NCBI GenBank assembly: GCA_965112735.1
Contig: OZ218963.1
Location: 62,001 to 126,000 of the forward strand
Source: Phaeosaccion multiseriatum
Taxonomy: Eukaryota > Protista > Ochrophyta, other classes
Reading direction: 5' to 3'
DNA: 64,000 bases
Shown: positions 29,601 to 39,784 of the stretch, in pieces
How the letters are laid out: every line of letters begins with the position of its first letter
How positions within the stretch are numbered: the first letter of the stretch is position 1
The notes under the pieces: model-generated
The model's input: the letters and a program-made list of their open reading frames with translations, nothing else
Told to the model about the DNA's origin: nothing
Database searches by the model: none
Position numbers and translations under genes: made by a program

Positions 29601-32522
29601 TGGATGAAGGCCAGTGGATGGCAGTGGACGGGCATGACGGACGGTTTGGGCGAAGGGTAACGGAGTGGCAAAGACGGGGCAAAGAAGGGGCAAAGAAGGG
29701 GCAGGGCGACACCTTGGGACAATGTCCGTCACAGCCTTGGCAGTCAAAGCAGTGGCACGTAGAGAGTAAGAAGCGGAGCAAACATTCCGTGAAACATTCC
29801 GTGAAACATTCCCCCCTTGCGCACGCACAGCCGTCGCAGCGAAAGAAGCGCATCCACTGCCATCCTCCCAGCCCCTCCCCTGCCACACCTCCCTGCCTTA
29901 TCTCACTGACTTACTCTCCACAGGGTCCTATCCTCCTCCCCCAGGCCTGGCCACACGTCCTCGGGTCCGCACTGCGCCGCCGTGAAGATGGCACTCCATG
30001 GGGCGCCGCACACGCGCCCACGGCCCCCGGGGTCGTCCAACCGTAGCTTCACGCCATCCAAAACGCCGAATAGAGTCAACACGAAGGGGCAGCGGGGGGA
30101 TGGAGGGTGCCCAGGGGGGTTGGGGAGGGCGGTCTCCTGCAGCACCATTTGGGGTAAGATGTGCAGGGGAGGGATTGCTAACCCTAAGCCACCCAATCCA
30201 CTGCCATCCCCCCCGCCTCCTCCTGCTGCTGCTGGTGCTGTTGGAGCGTCTTTTGCCCCGCTTACACAGGCCCGGCGGACTGGGAGGGGATGGCAGTGGA
30301 GGGGAGGGAGGGAGAGGGAGATGAACAAAGAAGAGAGTGAGTGAGAGAGAGAGGAAGAGAGGAAGAGAGGAACAGGGGGAGAGAGGGACGTGGGAGAAGG
30401 ATGGCAGCGGATCGTGGGCCTGGGAAACGGTGGTGGATGGATGGCAGTGGATGGCAGTGGATGGCAGCTCATTCTCCTGGGCCTGACCCTGACCCTGACC
30501 CCGACCCCGACCCTGACCCTGACCTCCGCTCAAGAGGCTCCCCTTGCCCACGCTCCACGTTGAGGTTTCCGACGTGACTTTGCAGTGCTCCAGTACCGCC
30601 CCCTCCCCCACAGAGCCCCGCCCGCCCAGATGGCAGTTCACGAGCGTGGCCCCAGCGTGCACCTCCACCCCGGGGCTGCCCCCCCCCTCCCCCCCTGGGC
30701 CGGCCTCCTCCTCAACGCTGGCACCCGCCCTGTGTCCGAGGTTGAAGGGCTGAGTGAAGTTGGGCATCCTCAGGGCCATCATCTCCATGAGCTCGCGCGT
30801 GGTGCCCAAGTGCGCGAAGCTGGCTGCCGGTACACTCCCACTAGCAGGCACCTGTCCACTAGCATCCCCAACCCCCTCCCTCCTGGCCATCAGCAGGGCC
30901 CCCATTCGAAAGGCGCTGAAGGCGTCAAAGATTGCTCTCCGCGCCACGGACAGCGCACAGCTCACAGATGGCAAAGGGGGCCCGCACCGCGCCAAATACC
31001 CCGCCAGCGCAGTCTCAGTTTCAGTGCCAGTGTGGGCGCCTGCTGTGCCGACTGCGAGAAGGATATCCGAGTAGAGCTCCAGCCTCAGGGCGGGGACCCC
31101 TTCCCCCTCCCCCTGCTGTGTGCAGCCTGCAAACACTTCCGACGCTGCCAACCCCCGCAGGGCCCGCCCCGCCCTCCCGTCCAGCACCACCACGCCGGTG
31201 TCCACGGCCACAAGCCGCCGCCGCCGTCCACTGCCATCCTCTACTGTGTCACAAACTGCTGTATCGCCAACGACTGTACCACCAGCTGACAGGAAGGCGT
31301 GGGCTCTCTCAACGTCGTCAAGGCCGGGCTTCTGTAGATACTGAGCCACGGGCTGCACGGTGTAGGGCCCCAGGAGGGAGGGGTGAGAGCCAGACCCAGC
31401 GGGGGCGGGGAGCCCTGCTTGCCGCCCCTGAATGGCATACACCCCTGGGGAGTGGGAGTGGGAGGTGGGAGGGGGTGGCAATCCATGGGGGGGGGGGGGG
31501 AGACTTGGGTCACAGCGCTACAATGTAAGCGTAAGAGACCCCAAGAGCTGCTGCCAAATGACAGAGCGTTCTTGGCGACTTTCAACAAGCCTCAGTCATC
31601 AGCCCCTCAGCAGGCTCTCAGGAGTAGATCGATCCCGCCCGCTGTCTAGACTGCCCTCGAACGAAGGGAATGTTGAAGAGCTCAAAACAACACTTCGTTC
31701 GTAAGATTACGTACCGTGTGCGCTGGCGTACGCCTCGTCTGCTGGCACGGCAAGCCCGCACACCTCTCCTCCCCACGCCCACTCCAGGGGGGGCGCCCCA
31801 GAGGGGAGGAGTAGCATAACGTCACAGGAAGTGATGACGAGGCTGCCCGGCTGCAGCCCCGCCCCCGGCCCTCCGAAGAGCTGCTGCGCTTGACCGAGGA
31901 GGAGGTCCATCGGTGTGCTCCACTCACGTTGGGGGGGCAGGTCCGTCTTCTGCTGGGCAGAGGAGGGGCGGAAGAGTGGGGTGGGCGGGGCGTTCAGAGC
32001 GGAGAAGGCCTTGCCGCACACGCACTGCGTCGCCGAGCGCTGCGAGTCTCCTCCCGAGTGCACAAGGAGGGTGGTGTAGTCGTGGGTGTTGGGAGGGGTG
32101 TCTGCGTCTGTAGTGTCGCGCACGGCCTTGTCGATCTCAGCAAGGGCGTTGATGGTGCCCCCACCACTTCCCACCCGCACGCCTTTCGGATCGGCCACGG
32201 TGACGCAGAGGATGCGCTGGGAGGGGAGAATGAGGGAAGGAAGAACGAGGGAGGAGGAAGAAAAAGAAGAAAGGAAGTCAACGGGAGGAGGTTTCGATGT
32301 GCACAGCGCCCCTTCCCGCCTTCTGCACCCAAACCTCACCTCTGCGAAGGTATCCCCGTCCCGCTCCTCCACAACCCCTCCCGTTAACAGCAGTACTGCA
32401 TCACACAATTCCGCGAGGAAGGCATTGGCCGCCCTCTCACTCGAGGCGCTCAAGGCGATCACGTCGAACGGGAAGCTCGCTCCCCCTCCTTGGCGAGCGT
32501 AGCACACCACTTGGTGCGGCAT
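23132..32522 (-). CDS. FUK: Bifunctional L-fucokinase / GDP-L-fucose pyrophosphorylase (fucose salvage) with an extra degenerate fucokinase-type N-domain
   Basis: Exons approx. 32522-31715, 31444-30524, 30279-29915, 29471-29077, 28914-28782, 28486-27444, 27084-26785 (acceptor uncertain), 26352-25167, 24410-23948, 23511-23132. Pyrophosphorylase: VADPKGVRVGSGGGT...HSGGDSQR...GKAF...HGVY...FAHLGTTRE. GHMP kinase: APARLDLAGGWSDTPP...LPQGSGLGTSSILAG...EQLLSTGGGWQDQ...LAGAGGGGF. Confidence 0.9.
23790..23925. repeat. (GACA)n microsatellite, intronic
   Basis: Visible tandem units. Confidence 0.9.
24437..24829. repeat. About 9-bp polypurine repeat (GGGAAGGGA)n, intronic
   Basis: About 390 bp of pure purine on + strand in fucokinase intron 24411-25166. 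Confidence 0.95.
27091..27213. repeat. 23-24-bp minisatellite (TACAAGTGTYRTTGTTGGCGG) about x5
   Basis: Tandem units in fucokinase intron; contains a variant of the GTTGGTGRTAC word. Confidence 0.85.
28489..28529. repeat. 10-bp tandem (ATGGCAGTGG)x4 abutting a splice acceptor
   Basis: Minus-strand intron ends ...CCACTGCCATCCACTGCCATAG at 28487. Confidence 0.9.
29474..29630. repeat. 10/14-bp tandem array of GATGGCAGTG(GATA)
   Basis: About 9 exact ATGGCAGTGG copies next to acceptor 29472. Confidence 0.9.
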
Positions 32523-32777
32523 GTGTACTATATCCCCCCTTTTTCTTATGATAATGCCTTCCTCGTCTGGGTGGCGATCTGGTCATTCGTTCTCTGCCAG
32601 CCTGTTGAGACCTCTTCCATCGATCGAGATCGACGCACGTTGGTGAATTCCATGAATATTGGCGCTGATCTTGGGCCGTTGAGGGAGTCAGATTAGGAAA
32701 GAGAAAATAAAAGACACTCGTAGTGAGGGGCCAGTCCTCGCTCTTCCCAAGAGCGACCCCGGTCTTTTCTTCCAAAT
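32523..32777. promoter_or_regulatory. Probable compact bidirectional promoter (fucokinase - / C-type lectin +)
   Basis: Predicted start codons about 255 bp apart on opposite strands. Confidence 0.45.
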
Positions 32778-35700
32778 ATGTATCTACCGACTGTGCCACT
32801 GGCCCTTCTCACCTACTGCCTGCTTCTGCCGCGTATCGCCGAAGGGCAGGCCACGACAAACCTCGAGTGCGCTATGCAGGTACTGCCGCTCCTCCCACCA
32901 CCCCCCGGTCTCCCGTCCCCCGTCTCCTCCTCCCGTCTCCTCCTTAATTTGAGAAAAATTAATTCAAAAAATGCCCCCCCCCGCGTCCGCCCGAACTTAC
33001 GCACCCCCACACCAACGCCCTTGCAGGTGCCTCTCGAGGAGGTGAGGAGGGGTAAAGCAGCCTTCTACTCCGGGTGTGACACACCGGGCGGTGAGGTCCC
33101 CACTGGTTGCTGGACCCCTGGGCAATGGTGGCGAGACAACCCTGGGGAATGGGGCATTGAGAACCAGAATTATGGCTGCCAAACCTGCGTCCTGCGTGAG
33201 GAGTGGGCGGAGGATTCCCTCTTCAACGTGTACTGGGGAGAGGGCGAGGGCTTGTCCGGTTCCGGGCTGCGGAGGGACAGCATCGCCCCGTGCCCGGAGG
33301 TACCCTTCCCCGAGGAGTGGCAGGAGGCGCAGTTCGGCTCGTCGGACCAATACGAGACGCTGTACGCTCTCATGTACGGGGCTGTCGACATCGTGACGGG
33401 GGCGTCGCTCACCAATGACACCGAGTGCGGGGACTACCCGGAGGACACGCTGTACAACAGCGCCGAGAACCGCTGCTACTTCAAGTCCAATCGGTGAGTT
33501 TGGCGGGCGTGGCCGGGTCAGACTTCCCTTGCCTGCCTTGCCTTGCTTGCCCCTCTGCTCCGCTCCACTCCCTGCCCATGCAGCTGCTCTGCTGCCGCTG
33601 CTCTCTCTCACACACTCTCACACACACTCCCTCCCCATCCGTCGCGTCTCTCCCCCCACTCAGCTACGACCTGTCCACGTCCTGGAACGCGGCAGTCGCC
33701 ATCTGTGACGACATGGGGGGGGCGCTGGTGGGCATCGACAGCGAGGCGGAGGACCAATGGTTCAAGCACAACCTTCTGTGGACGGGCTTCATGGGGGAAA
33801 CCTTCACCGGCCTGCACAAGAACAACACAGAGCAGGTCAGGAGGGGGGGGGGGGCGTGGTGCTAGGCTGCTGCTTGCTGCTGCTGCTTACTGCTCCTCTT
33901 TCTTCTTCTTCTACTCCTACTCTACTGCTACCACTCCCACTGCTACTACTACTACTACTACTACTACTACTATGCGACTACTAACTCCGCCCACGACACT
34001 ACTACCACAACGACAGAACTTTGTCTCACAGTCACAGAATCATCATCTCGTCACGTACACTTCCACTTCCACTCCTTGTGCATATCACCAACAGGTGTAC
34101 CGCTACGTGCAGTCGGACGCGATTTATAACCCGGAGGAGATGGACGTGGAGGACGTGGCGTCTTGGTACGGGGGGGAGGGACCCTGGTACCCAGAAATGT
34201 CCGCTGACACCGACTACGGAGGTATGTTGTGGATATATGCATGTGTTATGTGTGCGTGTATGTGTGCGTGCGTGCGTGTTTGTGTGTTTGTGTGTGTGTG
34301 TGTGTTTGCCCGAGCATCCACCCCCCCCCACTCTTGTTTGTTGTTTGTTTTGACGTATTTCGACCTCGACTTACGGAGTGAATGCGTATCGATTTTGATA
34401 TGAATATCGATGCCCTACCCCATATTTCGACCTCGACTTACGGAGTGAATGAATATCGATGCTCTACCCCCTACCCCTCCAGACCCGTCCGACAACCCCC
34501 GGACGTGCATGGAGTACTACCCCAACGGTACGTTAACGTTACCGGTGCGGTGCGTCCTTCTGACTCAGCCCCTCTCACCCCCATAACTAACGTGCTGACT
34601 TTCTGTGCTACCGTCTCTGCGTCTCTGTATGTGTCTCTCCCTGTCCCGTCGTCGGGTGCCATCTCCATCCTCCCCACTCGCCGCAGACCCCAAGCGCTGG
34701 AACCCCTTCAGGTCAGTGCGGGTCAACGGCATGGGGCATCTGTCGGGGCGGAGGCACTGAAGTTCACATTTATTTGTTGTTCCGTAGCAGAGCACTGCAG
34801 TGTATGAAGTCCCTCTCCTTCTCTCGCCCCTGCCTACTCATCCGCACTCCCGTCCTCTGCCATATGTTGCCATCTGTGACCCCCCCCCGCTCTCCTGTCT
34901 CTGCTCAGCTGCGATGTGCTCAAGCAGTACGCGTGTGAGCTCCCCAGGTACGTAAGAGGGTACGTAAGAGGAATGCAAGTGCTGTTCTGCTCTCGTCCAG
35001 TCCCGTCCACTGCCATCCTCCCAGTCCGTTTCATCTGCTCTCCATCTGCTCTCCGCCTCTGGCGTGGCGACTTTCGTTCGCCCTCACCCTTTTTTCCCTC
35101 AGAGACTGACCGTACCGTCTCCCCCCCCCCCCCCATCCACTGCCATCCTTCAGTGCCAGCTGCATCGAGTCCGGCGATATTGACTGTGAAGGCACTCCCC
35201 TCCCCGCCTCGACGGAGGGTCCTCGCGACCCTGATCTGACCTGGGGCCCCACTCCCACCCCGGCTTCCCCTGCCACCACTTCTGGGCCCACGGCAGCAGA
35301 GGAAGAAGAGGAGGAAGAGGAGGAGGAGGAGGAGGAGGAGGAGGAGGAAGAAGAGGAGGAAGAGGAGGAAGAGGAGGAAACCACTGAAGAGGAAGAGGAG
35401 GAGGAAGAAGAGGAGGAAGAGGAGGAGGAAGAGGAGGAAACCACTGAAGAGGAAGAGGAGGAGGAGGAGGAGGAGGAGGAGGAAACTACTGCAGAGGAAG
35501 AAGAAGAGGAGGGGGGGGAGGATGAGGAGGGGGAGGAGACTAGTGAGGAGGAAACTACAGAGAGGAGCACTATCACTGGGGGAGGTGCCACTGACGAGGA
35601 TAACGAGGAGGGTTCCACTACCACTGGAGGGGAGGAGGAGGAGGAGGAGGAGGAGGAGGAGGAGGAGGAGGAGGGGGAGGAAGAGGAGGCGGAGGGGGGA

Positions 35701-36180
35701 GAGGAGGAGGAGGAGGAGGAGGAGGAGGAGGAGGAAGAGGAGGACGGGGGCGGGGGGGAGGACGGGGAGGGGGAGGAAGAGGAGGAGGAAAGCACTGGCA
35801 CTGGTGGGGGTGCCACTGAGAGGGATAGCGCTGACGAGGAGGAGGAAGCCACTGGGGAAGAGGAAGGGGAGGACACCACCAGTGAGGAGGGTAGCGAGGA
35901 GGAGGGGGATGACCCTCCCGCACCCACTCCCGCACCCACACCCGCCATGCGTGGCGGTGTAGACGGGTCCGGCAGGTCGGGGGGCGGCGGCGAGGAAGGG
36001 GCAGGGGACGACTCCTTCTCAGTGGTGGGGCTCGGCGAGGTGGCCTCCATTGCCGTTGTGGCGGCGGCGGCGAGTATAGGGATGGCGTTGGTGGTGGCGG
36101 GGGGAGTGCTGCTGCACACGGGCAGCAGACAGGCACCCAAGCAGCAGGCGGGGCTGCGGCCTTCGGAGTTCAGCCCGTGA
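32778..36180 (+). CDS. Type I membrane protein: signal peptide, Cys-rich domain, C-type lectin-like domain, poly-Glu/Thr stalk, TM helix, short tail
   Basis: Exons 32778-32879, 33027-33493, 33664-33835, 34095-34221, 34483-34527, 34687-34711, 34909-34947, 35154-36180. Signal MYLPTVPLALLTYCLLLPRIAEG. CTLD: NRCYF...SWNAAVAICDDMGGALVGIDSEAEDQW...FTGLH...TC...WNPFSCDVLKQYACE. TM: VASIAVVAAAASIGMALVVAGGVLL. Confidence 0.85.
35297..35910 (+). repeat. (GAG/GAA)n-rich coding low-complexity region (poly-Glu stalk)
   Basis: Open frame from exon start 35154 to stop 36180. Confidence 0.85.
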
Positions 36181-36688
36181 GGAGTGGGGATGGTGGAGGT
36201 CCGTGAGGAGCGACAAGTTTGTGAGTGTTTTAGAGTTTATTTATTTAGAGAGCCTTTTTAGCCTCCCATCCGTGTATCCCATCACACCAGCTTAGCGCCG
36301 ATGGTTCCCAAACTGAGGCCGAGAGGAGGGGAGGAGGAGGGCGGCTGTAGTACTTGTATAGGAGGGGAATCCGTCATTGGAGGCAATGGGAGCAGAAGAA
36401 GAAGAAGAGGAGGAGGAGGAGGAGGAGGAGGAGGAGCGGGAGGAGGAGGAGGAGGCGGGAGGAACATCGGGTAAAGCATGGAAGGAGGGGCCGCACCCAC
36501 CCACCCACGCAACGGGGCCTTCGTCTGCTTGTCGAGTCGTGACGGTCGGGCCGTTGCAGTCTGATGGAGGGCGAGGGAGGACGAGGCGATGGAGCAGTGC
36601 CTACATGGGGGGGGGTGCATAGAGGAGGAAGTGTGTGACCTTTGTATAGAGGATGAGGTGTGTGACATTTGGTGCCATCAGCAGACCG

Positions 36689-36736
<48 letters not shown>

Positions 36737-37329
36737 GGCGAAGGCGAGGACTGCCCAGTCCATCGCTCTCGTGGGGCGGGGAGGAGGGAGTAAGTTGCTT
36801 AGGTCGAGGCTGCTGCAGAAGGCAACGTATTGTACTGTAGATATATACACGTGTTTGTGCTGACACCGAAGGAGGGAGGGAGAGAAGTGCTCTGGTCGTG
36901 TCGAGGTCAGGTGAGGTGAGGTAGGAAGCCTTGAAGCTATAAACTCTAACCAAGCTCTCTGGCAATACTTTCAGCACACTTCCGTTCTGTTTCACAGCAT
37001 AGAGGCCAAGCGCCGAGCAGGGATTGCCCTCGGACACTCTTCGTCTTCCCCTCCCACGGAATCATGGCCCCTCCCACGGAATCATGGCTGGGCCCCCAGT
37101 GACCCCGGCTCCCGGCCTGCTGATTCCCATGTCTACAAGCCCATCACTGCCATTTCTGGGGGCCCTTTGGACAAGCGATTTGATGATTTCATTGACTTAG
37201 CTTCTCTACGATTGAATGAATGAGCCACGCTTCGCCGCGGTGGGTAACAACGGCGATGATGAGGCGGGCGGAAGGCGGTCGGGTCGCTGTCTACATCTCC
37301 AGTCCTGAGGCATCAGCAGCAGGGCCCTC

Positions 37330-37510
37330 CACACGCACGCACGCTCGCAGCGCCTTCCGCCCGCGCTTCGACATGGGACTTGCACAATCCTCCTTCGATC
37401 CGATTCTTTTCGCACCCCTCGACAGTACACTTCTTGACCACAGCTCCATGGGACACGCACAATCCTCCCTGCTGCGCGCACCCCTCGACAATACAGCGCC
37501 TCCTCCTTCC
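37330..37510 (-). pseudogene. Degenerate WRKY19-like Cys/His zinc-finger repeats (C-x4-C...C-x2-H)
   Basis: RRCIVEGCAQQGGLCVSHG and KKCTVEGCEKNRIEGGLCKSH in ORF 37313..37657(-). The first repeat is shortened and the third (GGRRCE...RVEG) is split across frames. Confidence 0.5.
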
Positions 37511-37934
37511 CCCTTTCCTCATTCTTCTTCCCTTCCACACACCTCCGAACACGCTCCGAACAAGGAATAGAGGGTTGTTGGTTTTGGTTTGGGAGACGAG
37601 ATCCTCACGCGCATCCAACGCACACCAGGGATCAGCTCTGAGTGGCTCGTTCCTCACTTTGAAAAAAGGAGGTGAAATGAAATGATATGTAGGAGCAGCA
37701 GGCTTTTATTGACTTACAGGAACCTCCCTTCCCATATGCCTCTATACTGCCTCCAGGGCGGCCAAGCGCGTGCCAAAGGAAGCTCCGAAGGCCTCCCGTA
37801 TGCCTCTCCAGGGCAGGAAGAGAGCTCACCCATCGGCTCTATACATGAAGAGAGCTCACCCACCCGCTCTCCCCCCCCATCGAATGCAGCCACAACGAAA
37901 GAGAGACATGACTCATCCTCTTCCCCATATGCCT

Positions 37935-39741
37935 CTACACTGCGCACGCCTCCTCCAGCGTGTGTGCAGGCAGGAGCAGGTCTGTAACGGTTTTTCCGAA
38001 GACGGACAGCGAACAGAACTCCCTGCCTGCCCGGGAAGGCTTGTCTCTGCAGCTCGTGACGAGGTGCGTCACCTGTTGGTGGTACAGTCAGCGGGATTGA
38101 GTGGCATGTTAAGGGAGGAGGCAAGGGCGGCAGTGAGTCGGTGATACAACGGAGGAGGCTATCGGAGGAGGCGGGGGCAGGAAGGCAGGATACGCCCGAA
38201 ACATCATGCGGACTTGACTCGGAGCGCGAGCGAGCGAGGGACAGGCCTGCCACTCCCTCCCTCCCTCCCTCCCTCCCCCCCTCTCGTCCACTGCCGTCCC
38301 TCCCTTTCTCACTCACCACCTCTCCATTGAACACTACGCGAACGAAGTGGTCTCCGCCCCCCTCCTCCCCCTCCTCCCTCGCCCCCTTGCCGCTGGCGTC
38401 CCTCCCTTGCCCTTGCCCTTGCCAGAGCTCAAAGACCACGTGGGAGGCATCTGCAAAGTGCAAAGTGCACGGAGCAAGAAGCAAGGAGCAAGGAGCAAGG
38501 AGCAAGGCGAGAGCGCGTTGGCCCCTCTCGTTAGTACGCCTCTCTCTGCCTGCCCATACGCCTCTCTCTCTGCCTGCCCATACGCCTCTCTCTCTCTGCC
38601 TGCCCATACGCCTCTCTCTGCCTGCCCATACGCCTCTCTCTCTGCCTGCCCATACGCCTCTCTCTCTGCCTGCCCATACGCCTCTCTCTCTGCCTGCCCA
38701 TACGCCTCTCTCTGCCTGCCCATACGCCTCTATCTCTGCCTGCCCATACGCCCCTCTCTGCCTGCCCATACGCCTCTCTCTCTGCCTGCCCATACGCCTC
38801 TCTCTGCCTGCACATACGCCTCTCTCTCTGCCTGCCCATACGCCTCTCTCTCTCTGTCTGCCCATACGCCTCTCTCTCTGCCTGCCCATACGCCTCTATC
38901 TCTGCCTGCCCATACGCCCCTCTCTGCCTGCCCATACGCCTCTCTCTCTGCCTGCCCATACGTCTCTCTCTGCCTGCCCATACGCCTCTCTCTCTGCCTG
39001 CCCATACGCCTCTCTCTCTGCCTGCCCATACGCCTCTCTCTGCCTGCCCATACGCCTCTCTCTCTGCCTGCCCATACGCCTCTCTCTCTGCCTGCCCATA
39101 CGCCTCTCTCTCTGCCTGCCCATACGCCTCTCTCTCTGCCTGCCCATACGCCTCTATCTCTGCCTGCCCATACGCCTCTCTCTCTGCCTGCCCATACGCC
39201 TCTCTCTCTGCCTGCACATACGCCTCTCTCTCTGCCTGCCCATATGCCTCTGTGTCTGTCCTAACATTGACTTACACGGAGGCCAGTCGCAGTCGTACGC
39301 CCCCAAAGCCGCCAGCACAGGCGCGATGACTGTGTCGTGCCCCGAGAAGAGGGCAAACAAGAGGGGAGATTCCCCCTGGACCTTACGCGTGAAACCGTCA
39401 AGCAGTTCTTGGAGGAACGGGTAGATGGAAAGCTGAGAGGGGGGGGGGGAGGGGGAGGGGGCAGGAGGGTGGGAGAGGGGGGTGTGGAGCATGCAGGGAG
39501 GAGGGGGGGGGGGAGTGGACACGGCCGTCAGGGAGAGAGAGGGGAGGAGAGAGGCAGAGAAGAAACAGATTGATAGATAAAGAGAGCGACAGAGAGACAG
39601 AGGGAGCCAGAGAGAGACGGAGAGACGGACGGGTAAGGATAGATGCGAGAGAGAGAGTTTAGGCAAAGTCCAAAGTCGGTGCTCGTGCACGTACACCCCT
39701 ACACTGCCCAGCACAACAACAACAACAACAACAACAACAGC

Positions 39742-39784
<43 letters not shown>

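Noticed and set aside
8910-36180. Glycosyltransferase, fucokinase and lectin as a co-regulated glycan biosynthetic cluster
   Set aside because: Interrupted by an unrelated TRP channel, predicted sugars differ (mannose vs fucose), and there is no expression or synteny evidence.
36282-37040. Short acidic or Pro-rich ORFs between lectin and phosphatase genes
   Set aside because: Driven by (GAG)n and (CA)n repeats; no coherent splice structure or homology recognised.
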